Below the pieces are notes generated by a model that saw only the letters and a program-made list of their open reading frames with translations, had not been told where the DNA came from and ran no database searches. Of a stretch of DNA of 64,000 nt, positions 36,261-47,700 are shown in pieces (position 1 is the stretch's first letter; each line of letters starts with the position of its first letter). Made by a program: the position numbers and the translations under genes. This stretch comes from Mustelus asterias (Eukaryota): assembly GCF_964213995.1 (NCBI RefSeq), contig NC_135808.1, positions 32,736,001 through 32,800,000 on the forward strand, given 5' to 3'.

Positions 36261-36452
36261 TCCAACAGGTTTATTTGGTAGCACGAGCTTTTGGAATGCT
36301 GCTCCTTCATCAGGTGAGTGCCTCACTTACTTGATGAAGGAGCAGCGCTCCGAAAGCTCGTGTGACCAAATAATCCTGTTGGACTTTAACCTCGTGTTGT
36401 GAGACTTCTGACTGTGCCCACCCCAATCCAACGCCAGCATCTCCACATCATG
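36261..36452 (+). mobile_element. Penelope pLTR hairpin insertion with two back-to-back hammerhead motifs
   Basis: Inverted arms; plus-strand ttgatga-aggagcagcgctcc-gaaa-gctc-gtg and a minus-strand ctgatga copy; TSD cccaca(g/a)gagaag. Confidence 0.8.
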
Positions 36453-36732
36453 CCCACAAGAGAAGAATGCCCATAATCTCCAGGAGAGGGTGGTGAGCCT
36501 GAAATCCGGGTCCTCAGCCCCTTTGAGGAGCGGGCACTGGAGTTTGTGCAACAGGAGCGGATGCAGACCATCAGTGACAGCATGGTCGGGCTGGAGCATA
36601 GAAGTGAGCATTTGCCAATCCTCCACTTTATGTTCTCCCTCCTTTGCACTTAACCTTGTGTCCTGTGTTGCAGGAAGTGACTCATTGCAGTCCCTATTGC
36701 TGCTCACACCCATCTGAGACCTGACAACTGTG

Positions 36733-37078
36733 GGTGGCACGGTAGCAAGTGGTTAGCACTGCTGCTTCACAGCTCCAGGGACCTGGGTTCGATTCCCGGC
36801 TTGGGTCACTGTCTGTGAGGAGTTTGCACATTCTCCTCGTGTCCGCGTGGGTTTCCTCCGGGTGCTCCGGTTTCCTCCCACTGTCCAAAGATGTGCGGGT
36901 TCGGTTGATTGGCCATGCTAAAAATTGCCCTTAGTGTCCTGAGATGCATAGGTGAGAGGGATTAGTGGGTAAATATGTCGGGATGTGGGGGTAGGGCCTG
37001 GGTGGGATTGTGGTCGGTGCAGACTCGATGGGCCGAATGGCCTCTTTCTGTACTGTCGGGTTTCTATGATTTCTGTGA
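36733..37078 (+). mobile_element. HE1-like V-SINE
   Basis: Same head, V-domain and (tttctatga)n tail as the other copies. Confidence 0.9.
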
Positions 37079-37663
37079 TTAGCTTGGAAGACACCTCAGA
37101 TGATGCCAATAAAGGGACTTCCGAGGCTACCACCAATTTTGCAGCAGCTTCCACCTCGCAGTTCACCATCCAAGAGACTCTGACATCAGTGGATCAAGTT
37201 AGTGTTGAGGCATCTGGGTCACTCTCTGGTGCGCACAACACATCTGCTGATGTACATCAGGTGGGGGAAGTAATGCTGAGACCTCTGGCACGCGAAGGCC
37301 TGCCAGTGGCAAGGACTCAGTTGGCCCCAGGCTATATGCTGGGCCTCTGAGATCACTTCTCCCTCAGCTGCTGGAGATGCAGCAACAGAGCCAGGGAATG
37401 CAGGAGCGGCTGATGGCTACAATGGACCGACTGCGAGGCTGTTGGGAAGAGTCCCAAAGCTTTCAGGCAGACCAGCTATTGCCTGTCTTGTGTGGTTCCC
37501 AGGCCAACACTGCAAGCAGTCTTTGAGAACGTGGCCCAGTCACAGAAGGTCATAGCCGAGGGGCTGCAGAGCGTGGCTCAGTCTCAGAGGGCACTTTCTG
37601 CTGCCATTGACAGGCGGCTGCTGACTCAGAATGCCATTGCAGAGGGCTCGGCCACCATTCCAA

Positions 37664-38015
37664 GAAATCATAGAAATCATAGAAATCATAGAAACCCTAC
37701 AGTGCAGAAGGAGGCCATTCGGCCCATCGAGTCTGCACCGACCACAATCCCACCCAGGCCCTACCCCCACATATTTACCCGCTAATCCCTCTAACCTACG
37801 CATCCTAGGACTCTAAGGGGCAATTTTTAACCTGGCCAATCAACCTAACCCGCACATCTTTGGACTGTGGGAGGAAACCGGAGCATCCGGAGGAAACCCA
37901 CGCAGACACGAGGAGAATGTGCAAACTCCACACAGACAGTGACCCGAGCCGGGAATCGAACCCGGGACCCTGGAGCTGTGAAGCAGCAGTGCTAATCACT
38001 GTGCTACCGTGCCGC
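37664..38015 (-). mobile_element. HE1-like V-SINE
   Basis: (catagaaat)n tail and tRNA-like head. Confidence 0.9.
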
Positions 38016-38972
38016 CAGTGGCAAGGACTCAGTTGGCCGTGCCAACTGAAAGAAAGCAGGTGGTCCTCCAGGACTGGCAGGGCCTGGTGACGCCGGAGCT
38101 TCTGCAGCTCACTGCAGAAGCACTGCCATCCTATGGAGTGACCCAGGAGCCCAAAGGAACCCCATGGGAGGAGGATGGGCTCGAGCCTATGCTGGGCCCT
38201 TCCACTCAAGAGACTGTGGCTGTGACGACCCTCTTCCTGACACCGGGGCATCTCAGGGGCAGCAGGGTGAAAAAGGTACCTGGATATCTGGAAGCCAGCA
38301 GGGCCCTCCAGAGGACGATCGCCAAGGGCATCACAGGCCACGGGGTGTGACAGACAGCTGGCCACCTCCACCACCAATGTACATCTTGTGGAGACACCGA
38401 GACATGGTGGTAGGTCATGTAAAGTTAAGAAGTTGTGACAGCACTAAGATAGCATGGACGAAGGGCAGTTAGATAAAATATTTAGGCACTTTAAAGTCTT
38501 ATGTTCATATGTTATCACTTATCTTTAAGACATTTTTATTGGCACCAATAAATGTTCTTTCACTACCCACCTGTGACTAGCCTCTAACAGGAACGTACTT
38601 ACCCCGATAATCACCAGAGGGACCTGCATGTTGAAATTCGTGGGGGAGGCCCCTCTACACACTGCCATTGAGAAAATGAAGGTGTTCAAATAAATCACTG
38701 GCTAAAGTGGGTGGCATGCATTGGCAGTGACTTACAGCATCTCTCATGGCATTTCAGAATCTACAAAAGTTTCTCTTCCCTCCCCCCACCCCACCCACCC
38801 CAGGGCCCTGCATGGGAGTTTAGTTATCCCTCACCCACTACAGGCGTGGGCCTAGGTGTCAGCATGCATGCAGAGCTCAGGTAGGAGTCAAACTAATTTG
38901 CACTATCAAAGTGGTGCATAGTGAGTCATCATCACTCTCCTGCCTGCCACAGAAACTCGCTGACACAGTGTA

Positions 38973-40545
38973 CCCGGGCCCAGATGGGCTACATCCTAGA
39001 GTTCTAAAGGAGACAGCTGAAGAAATAGTGGAGGCGTTAGTTATGATCTTTCAAAAGTCACTGGAGTCAGGGAAAGTCCCAGAGGATTGGAAAATCGCTG
39101 TTGTAACCCCACTGTTCAAGAAGGGAACAAGAAAAAAGATGGAAAATTATAGGCCAATTAGCCTAACCTCAGTTGTTGGCAAAATTCTAGAATCCATCGT
39201 TAAGGATGAGATTTCTAAATTCTTGGAAGTGCAGGGTCGGATTAAGACAAGTCAGCATGGATTTAGTAAGGGGAGGTCGTGCCTGACAAACCTGTTAGAG
39301 TTCTTTGAAGAGATAACAAATAGGTTAGACCAAGGAGAGCCAATGGATGTTATCTATCTTGACTTCCAAAAGGCCTTTGACAAGGTGCCTCACGGGAGAC
39401 TGCTGAGTAAAATAAGGGCCCATGGTATTCGAGGCAAGGTACTAACATGGATTGACGATTGGCTGTCAGACAGAAGGCAGAGAGTTGGGATAAAAGGTTC
39501 TTTCTCAGAATGGCAACCGGTGACAAGTGGTGTCCCGCAGGGTTCAGTGTTGGGGCCACAGCTGTTCTCTTTATATATTAACGATCTAGATGACAGGACT
39601 GGGAGCATTCTGGCCAAGTTTGCCGATGATACAAAGATAGGTGGAGGGGCAGGTAGTATTGAGGAGGTGGGGAGGCTGCAGAAAGATTTAGACAGTTTAG
39701 GAGAGTGGTCCAAGAAGTGGCTGATGAAATTCAACGTGGGCAAGTGCGAGGTCGTACACTTTGGAAAAAAGAATAGAGGCATGGACTATTTTCTAAACGG
39801 TGACAAAATTCATAATGCTAAAGTGCAAAGGGACTTGGGAGTCCTAGTCCAGGATTCTCTAAAGGTAAACTTGCAGGTTGAGTCCGTAATTAGGAAAGCA
39901 AATGTAATGTTGTCATTTATCTCAAGAGGCTTGGAATACAAAAGCAGGGATGTACTTCTGAGGCTTTATAAAGCACTGGTTAGGCCCCATTTGGAGTACT
40001 GTGAGCAATTTTGGGCCCCACACCTCAGGAAGGACATACTGGCACTGGAGCGGGTCCAGCGGAGATTCACACGGATGATCCCAGGAATGGTAGGCCTGAC
40101 ATACGATGAACGTCTGAGGATCGTGGGATTATATTCATTGGAGTTTAGGAGGTTGAGGGGAGATCTGATAGAAACTTACAAGATAATGAACGGCTTAGAT
40201 AGGATGGACGTAGGGAAGTTGTTTCCATTAACAGGGGAGACTAGGACGCGGGGGCACAGCCTTAGAATAAAAGGGAGTCACTTTAGAACAGAGATGAGGA
40301 GAAATTTCTTCAGCCAGAGAGTGGTGGGTCTGTGGAATTCATTGCCACAGAGGGCTGTGGAGGCCGAGACGTTGAGCGTCTTCAAGACAGAAATTGATAA
40401 ATTCTTGATTTCTTGAGGAATTAAGGGCTATGGGGAGAGAGCGGGTAAATGGAGTTGAAATCAACCATGATTGAATGGTGGAGTGGACTCGATGGGCCGA
40501 ATGGCCTTACTTCCGCTCCTATGTCTTATGGTCTTATGGTCTTAC
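38973..40545 (+). mobile_element. CR1 LINE, 5'-truncated, RT ORF open to 40416
   Basis: PGPDGLHPRVLKE, NYRPISLTS, DFQKAFD, FADD; (tatggtct)n tail. Confidence 0.93.
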
Positions 40546-40769
40546 CCAGACCCACCACTCTGGTGTTATAATGTTGCAGGAGATTGTAGGAGTGCAAGTT
40601 GGTGGTTGGGGGGAGGGCAGGGAATGGAACCCACATGCAGCAACAAAGGCCCCGAATGACCAAAACCTCCCTCACTGCCCTCGCATGACCCTTGCTGCCA
40701 CCAGCCCTCCAGCGTCTGGGTCCTGTTGCTCTTCATTGTCTTCCTCCTCCTCTTCCTCCTGCTGGGCGA

Positions 40770-41065
40770 CCTTCAAAATAAGGGGGGGGCGGTTCAGAAC
40801 AGAGTTGAGGGGGAACTTCTTCTCTCAGAGGGTAGTGAATCTCTGGAATTCTCTGCTCATTGAAGTGGTGGAGGCTTCCTCGTTGAATATGTTTAAATCA
40901 CGGGTAGATAGTTTTCTGATCGATAAGGGAATTAGGGGATATGGGGAGCAGGCGGGTAAGTGGAACTGATTCGCTTCAGATCAGCCATGATCTTGTTGAA
41001 TGGCGGGGCAGGCTCGAAGGACCAGATGGCCTACTCCTGCTCCTATTTCTTATGTTCTTATGTTC
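40770..41065 (+). mobile_element. CR1 3' end inserted in the Harbinger transposase
   Basis: FFSQRVVNLWNSL; (tatgttct)n tail. Confidence 0.85.
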
Positions 41066-42776
41066 TCCCCACTGACACCCCACTGGCCTCCAAGTCCTCC
41101 TCCTCCAAAACGTCTCCTCACTGCTGCGCCCAGGTTGTGTAGGGAGCAGCACACCACCACAATGAGGGACGATATCAGAGAGGGCCCCACCAGAGTGGTC
41201 CAGGCACCTGAACCGCAATTTGAGGAGCCCTATGCACCGCTCCACTATTTTACAGGTGGCACCGTGGGCCTCATCATATTGGGCCTCCTCCTCAGTCTCA
41301 GGCCTCCGCACAGGCAAGTCAGAAGCGAGTAACTCAATGTCCCCCACAAGCCATCCCTGCACTCTGGGCTCCTCCTCAAAGACATCCAGGACATCGGAAC
41401 TCCTCAAGATAAAACTATCACGCACGCTGCCGGGGTGTCTGGCACAGACGTGCATTACATTCAGCTGATGGTCACACACCAATTGCACATTTATTGAATG
41501 GAAGCCCTTTCTATTCATGAATCTTCCTGGGTTCTTGTCCGGGGCCTTGAGGGCGATGTGGATGCAGTCTATAGCCCCCTGCACATCTGGCATCTCCACG
41601 ATGGCTGCAACTCCTGCAGCCCGTGCTTCCTGCTGGGTCTGGTCCAGGTCAAATTTAATATACTGGCCAGTCTGGGCATACAGGGCATCCATGAACCTCC
41701 TTAACATGCTTGTGGATGGATGATTAGGAAATGCCACAAAGGTCTCCACTGGCGGTCTGGAAGGACCAAGTATCATAAAAATTTAAGGCGGCCATCACTT
41801 TCACAGCCACCGGGAGTGAGTGCCCCCCTGTGCCCCAAGGTATCAGGTTCTGCAACAAATGATACAAGTTTTGCACTGTCTCTTTTCGGAGCTGGAGCTT
41901 TTATAGATGAGGTGCTTTCCAGACCGATCCCGCTGCAGCGAACAAGGTGGTAAAGGCAGGTGAGCTGTGACGATTGGGAGTGAAGCTCGCTACTGACATT
42001 GTGATGAATGCAAAAACACCAAAATTGACGTTTCGCCCGTTTTGGCTCCCGATCGCACCGATTGTTTTTCCATGGTAAGAGGGGAATGAGTGCGAAAATG
42101 CGCGCCATTCCCGTGAGCCACTCTACGTTCAGGTTTAAGACATTTTCCTGCCGTAAAACTGGCATTAGAAGGTTGTAAAATCCCACCCAATGGGTTCACA
42201 GAGTGTGTATATTTTTATCAGCAGATGTTTGGAACAGTATGGCTCCCAATGCCATCTTATGAATAGGGTACTCTTTGTACTGATAATACAGGTGCGTCCC
42301 AGACGTGAGAATTCCTAACTGTCTGGACTTTAAGACAGTAGCCAATTTTTTTTTAACTTCAAGCTGTCACTGCAGCTGTCAACTTTCTTCTGCTGTGCGT
42401 TTCCTGCACTTTTCGGGTCTTGGTAGAAATGTGGCTGTTTTGCTTTTTTAAAACATTTTCCTCTTTAAAACTTGCAGCAATCTCAATTTCTTCTGTGAAC
42501 CCTGAAGGTTCCTGCTTATTCTGAACTTCGGGTTAGTTGTCAGCCTGTCAGTTTTATGGTCCCGATTCTCTGCATCCTGCTGGAATCCTCGTGACCCTGG
42601 TTACGTTTTCTAAAGTTTGAGAACATGTATTTTTTTATTTGAAACAAGTAAATCAGTGCAGAGAATCCTGCCACCAAACTCTACGAGTTCTTATTTGTTT
42701 TTTTCTTTCATTCTGCATTTTCTTTGTTCTGATACCCTATCAGCATTTTTCTGCAGTGCAATTCAAATTCAGTGTT

Positions 42777-42900
42777 GGCTGGAATTTTACCGCCCCGTCC
42801 TCCACGGGAATCAGAGCGGGCGAGGGGCGGAGGATGGGAAGGGCTGTTGACCTTGGGCGGGATTTTACGGTTTCCAGACGAGCGAAGCCATAAAATCCCA
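42777..42900 (+). mobile_element. About 125-bp MITE-like element
   Basis: Ends ggctggaattttac...ataaaatccca; a homologue lies at 62472-62598. Confidence 0.6.
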
Positions 42901-44197
42901 ACATGTCGTTCACAGTTGCAACAGAAAAATTTCCTTACTTTCGTTTTACTTAAAGCGTGGCATTACCACAAAGGTCTGTCGTCCTCATTGCTAATTTGTT
43001 ACATTTTAATACGGTTAGATTAATCATTACACACTAAGGCGATTAAACACTGCTGCTGCCTTTTATTTTACTTCAGCAACTGAACTAACAAACAACCTGG
43101 ATTCTGCAATTCCATCATGCACTGGCTTGCCAAGTACAACAAGCTAAACAAGGCACATAACACCTTCAGTGGATAACTGTGCTTTAGAAAATGTCTGACA
43201 GCTATGTGCAGCACTGACTGACCTTTTCTATGCGTGTAGAAATTCTTTAAATGCTAAAAGATCCCAAGGCACACTCGCTTCTCAAGAGGGTCAGACATAA
43301 TTCAAAACTAGGACAAATTAATTTTAAAAATATTTCTCAAATTTGTGGTAAGCCAGAAGGCAGAACAAATGTAAAAAAAGCTAGAATGGATATTAAATAA
43401 TTTGACACGGTTCAGGCTCTGTATAAATCAATGGGGACCGACAGCCCTTCACACTGCAGCTTAATATTGAGTCCTTCAGCTGTACCACCAGCGGGCACAT
43501 GATAGATAATATATACTCATACTAATGAAAAATCACATGGTAAATTACTCATCCAGTTTGATGTCATCATGTAATCATCCGCAGATCACCCTGTTCAGTG
43601 AACCCGTGCTCAGGTTTCTGTCAGGTAGAAGTCGCACCAATGCAGGAGATACACAGAGTTTTGCTCTGTCCTCACTGCAAGCCATCATCACTCTCCTGCA
43701 GTGTCTGGTTACTGGGCTACCGGGCCCTGCCCATGAAAGGAGCAATCAGCAAGGGTTGCAGCATTCAGCTGGCAGCACACAAGCAATAAGGTCTCAGACC
43801 CCATGAGGTGCCATCCCTCTGCAAAATTACACCCCTATTGAAAAGGTTGTATTGGTATCATCAATAGTGGTCAAAGGAGATTGTGAAGTTGGAGACCTGG
43901 CACAACAACTTGCATGTACATAACACCGTTAATGTAGGAAAATGACCAAAGGAGTTTCACAGAAATAAATTGCTGTCAAGTTAAAAGGAATAAATATTTG
44001 GAAGGGTGCCCATAAGCTTGGTCAAAAGAAGATGGTTTCAGAGAGTATCTTAGAGGAGGAGAAGAAATGAAGAAATGAAGAGCCATAGGAAAGCTCCAGA
44101 TGGTACATGATGGGAGAGGGAGAGACACAAAATATTCGCATCAGGCCAGACAGTTTGAAGTGGGACTGTTGTAGGACTGGAGGCTATTACAGAAGGG

Positions 44198-44510
44198 TGG
44201 CAAGGTGGCACAGTGGTTAGCACTGCTGCCTCACAGCTCCAGGGACCCGGGTTCAATTCTGGCCTCGGGTGACTGTCTACGTGGAGTCTGCACATTCTCC
44301 CAATGTCTGCGTTTCCTCTGGGTGCCCCGGTTTGCTCCCACAGTCCAAAGATGTGCAGATTAGGCTGATTGGCCAGGATAAATTGCCCTTTAGTGTCAGG
44401 GGAATCAGGTAAATACATGGGGTTACGGGGATAGGGCCTGGGTGGGATTGTTGTCGGTGCAGGCTCAATGGGCTGAATGGCCTCCTCCTGCACTGTCGGG
44501 ATTCTATTTC
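44198..44510 (+). mobile_element. HE1-like V-SINE
   Basis: ggtggcacagtggttagcactgctgcctcacag head. Confidence 0.88.
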
Positions 44511-44784
44511 TGAATTGCCATCATAAATAAAAGTAATAGATGAACATAGACTATGAAATGAGAAAAAAAACAGGAGATATTGAGGATATACTGCACAATT
44601 GTTTACTGTGCCGTTATCAAAGTGCAGCCATGGAAATAGACAGTGAGACAGCATTAGCTGCTACACAAAATATTCAAGTTCCAAGAGGTCAGAAGAATTA
44701 TTGAAAATGAACAGTCTTGTGAACACTCTTATCGTGAAAGAGCAAAAGTTACAGCCTAACTCATCCACTAACCAATAACAAAGC

Positions 44785-47700
44785 TGTGGTGAACCATAGA
44801 TGGTTACCACTATGGGTACTTGTACATATGTTACTCTTGTTACTGTTGGGGTTAGGGTTGGGGTGTTCCACCTGTTAGCATTGTTCTGTGGTACACTCCG
44901 GTTGGCTCCGCCTCCCTATAGGAGTATAAAGGTCACTGCACTTCCGAGTGACCCTTTAGTCTGGGATTGTATTGTTAAGCAGTATGCTCCATTCTTGTTG
45001 CTAATAAAAGGCTTTATTTCCCGGGTACGATCCAGCCTCCCGAGTGAATTAATCGCGCATCAATTTTATTGGCAACTATTTTGTTTGAAGAAAAAAAAAC
45101 CATGAAGCAAATGTTAAAACCCGATCGGCGTACCTTAGATCCGCGTGCCGCTGGAGCGTCGAACACTTTCGACCATTGGTTGAAGTGTTTCCAGGATTAT
45201 ATCGACGCCTCAACAGCAATCCAAAACGACGCCGATAGATTGCGGGTCCTCCACGCAAGGGTAAGCGACACTGTGTATGCAACAATCCGTGATGCCCAAG
45301 ACTACAAAGGGGCCATCGAGCTACTTAAGAAGTTGTACAACAAACCGCCAAACGAGATTCATGCTCGGCACCTACTAGCCACTCGACGGCGGCAGCCCGG
45401 CGAAACGACGGGACAGTACTTGCGCGAACTTCAGCAGCTAGTCAGAGCCTGCAATTGCAAGCCAGTGTCGGCTACCCAATATACTAACGATCTGATCCGA
45501 GATGCGTTCGTGGCGGGAATCGGCTCATCCTATATTCGCCTGCGGCTGCTAGAGCAAGGTAACTTGGACCTAGCTAAGACGGTGGAATTGGCTGATGCGA
45601 TGGAAACGGCCTCCAGAAGTCTTGAAACTTACCCCACCGACCACGTGGGAACATCGTGGCAAGTACAGCCACCGACTCAACTCCACCCAGCGGCTCCTAG
45701 GAACTGTGCGATCGTGCTTTCAACCTCGGACCTGACGGTGGCGGCAGCTCCAGGTGGCCCGCGGTGCTATTTCTGTGGATTGGCGAAGCACCCTCGCCAG
45801 CGATGTCCGGCCAGAACGGTATTTTGCTCCACGTGAGGGAAGAAAGGGCACTATGCTAAAGTGTGCCGAGCGAAACCACCTTCGAAGCCAAGCAGTGCTG
45901 CGTGTGACTCTCCAGGACCTGTCTCCTCGTCTCCGGCTTCGTCGAGGTCTTCAACCACGTGCGATTCACGAGCGCCGCCATTCCTGCGGACGACGACGCA
46001 AGACACGTGCAACCTGCGAGTGCCGCCACTTTCAACACCATCGACCACGTGCGATCCATGGGCGCAGCCATTTTGGTCGACACCGACCGCAGACGACCAG
46101 CAGGGGTCATCATCATCGACCATCTCAGCTGCCTGCAGTTGCACTCAAGATTCAACGGTGGCGTCAATCATCCTGGACCAGGCCAAGCCTCACAGACTCG
46201 ACAAGTCCATGATGGACATAGAGGTAAACGGACACCTGATACATTGTCTGTTTGACAGCGGGAGCACGGAGAGTTTCATTCATCCAGACACCGTGAAATG
46301 GTGCGGTCTCCGAGTACAGACTGTCAGACAGACAATTTCTATGGCGTCGAGGTCCCGATCTGTTACCGTTCTTGGGAGCTGCGTGGTAAACCTAACGGTG
46401 CGGGGCACAGTTTATGAGAACTTCAGGCTCCTCGTGTTACCGCACCTTTGCGCTCCGATACTCCTGGGACTAGACTTTATGGTCCACCTGAGGAGTGTGA
46501 CCCTGCAGTACGATGGGCCACTCCCTCCACTTTCAGTGGGAGAACAGCAGCCTCCAAATTGCCCAGCGGGCTCCACGTGCAGTCTCTCGACACTCAGAAT
46601 CACCCCGCCGTCTTTATTTGAAAATCTCGTGCCAGGCTGCAAGCCCATCGCAACTAAGAGCAGGCGTTACAGCCCTGAGGATCGGATCTTTATTCGATCT
46701 GAGGTTCAGCAGCTCCTCAGGGAAGGGATCATTCAACCTTGCACTAGCCCATGGAGAGCACAAGTCGTGGTGGTTAAGACTGGAGACAAGCCCCGGATGG
46801 TCATAGACTATAGTCAGACCATTAATAGGTACACGCAGCTGGACGCGTACCCTCTCCCGCGCATATCTGACATGGTCAACCAGATTGCGCAGTACCGGGT
46901 GTTCTCCACCATCGACTTGAAGTCAGCCTATCACCAGCTCCCCATTCGCCCAGAGGACCGAAAATATACGGCCTTTGAGGTGGATGGTCGTCTCTACCAC
47001 TTTTTAAGGGTCCCCTTTGGAATCACGAATGGGGTCTCGGTCTTCCAGCGTGCAATGGACCGAATGGTGGACCAAAACGGGCTACGGGCTACCTTCCCGT
47101 ACCTGGACAATGTCACTATCTGCGGCCATGACCAGCAGGACCACGATGCCAACCTCCTAAAGTTTTTACGCACTGCGTCTCGCCTGAATCTGACCTATAA
47201 CAGGGAGAAGTGTGTATTCAGCAAGCGCCGCCTCGCAATTCTCGGATACATGGAGGAAAACGGGGTCCTCGGCCCTGATCCAGACCGTATGCGTCCCCTC
47301 CTTGAAATTCCCCTACCCACCAGCGTCAAAGCACTGAGAAGATTCTTAGGCTTCTTCTCGTATTACGCACAGTGGGTTCCCAATTATGCGGACAAAGCCC
47401 GTCCGCTCATAAAGTCTACCTCTTTTCCCCTGGCAGCAGAGGCTCGCTTAGCCTTTGAAGGGATAAAAGCTGACATTGCGAAGGCCACGATGCACGCTGT
47501 CGATGAGTCCATCCCCTTCCAGGTGGAGAGTGATGCATCTGATTTCGCCCTGGCCGCCACACTTAACCAGGCGGGCAGGCCCGTCGCCTTTTTCTCTCGC
47601 ACCCTCCAAGGCCCTGAAATTTGGCACTCCGCTGTGGAAAAAGAGGCTCAGGCCATTGTGGAGGCCGTCCGGCATTGGCGCCATTACTTGGCTGGAAAAC

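Larger units (their letters stand above)
35052..42188. mobile_element. Large PIF/Harbinger element with nested insertions: Myb/SANT gene (+, from about 35730) and transposase (-, about 40560-41700)
   Basis: LRFSESDL...RRTGKQCRKKLSDL; GAIDCIHI...NRKGFHSINVQLVCD...IVERCIGLLKLRFRCL; right end gtaaaatcccaccc. Left end uncertain. Confidence 0.75.

Noticed and set aside
36733-36800. tRNA-like A/B boxes at SINE heads as tRNA genes
   Set aside because: Each continues into a V-SINE body and tail, and there are many dispersed copies.
40976-41776. HARBI1 host gene
   Set aside because: Truncated, interrupted by CR1, paired with a Myb gene, and present in several decayed copies: transposon remnants.
45834-45836. 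Programmed gag-pol stop readthrough
   Set aside because: The TGA replaces a zinc-knuckle Cys codon, so it is a nonsense mutation.
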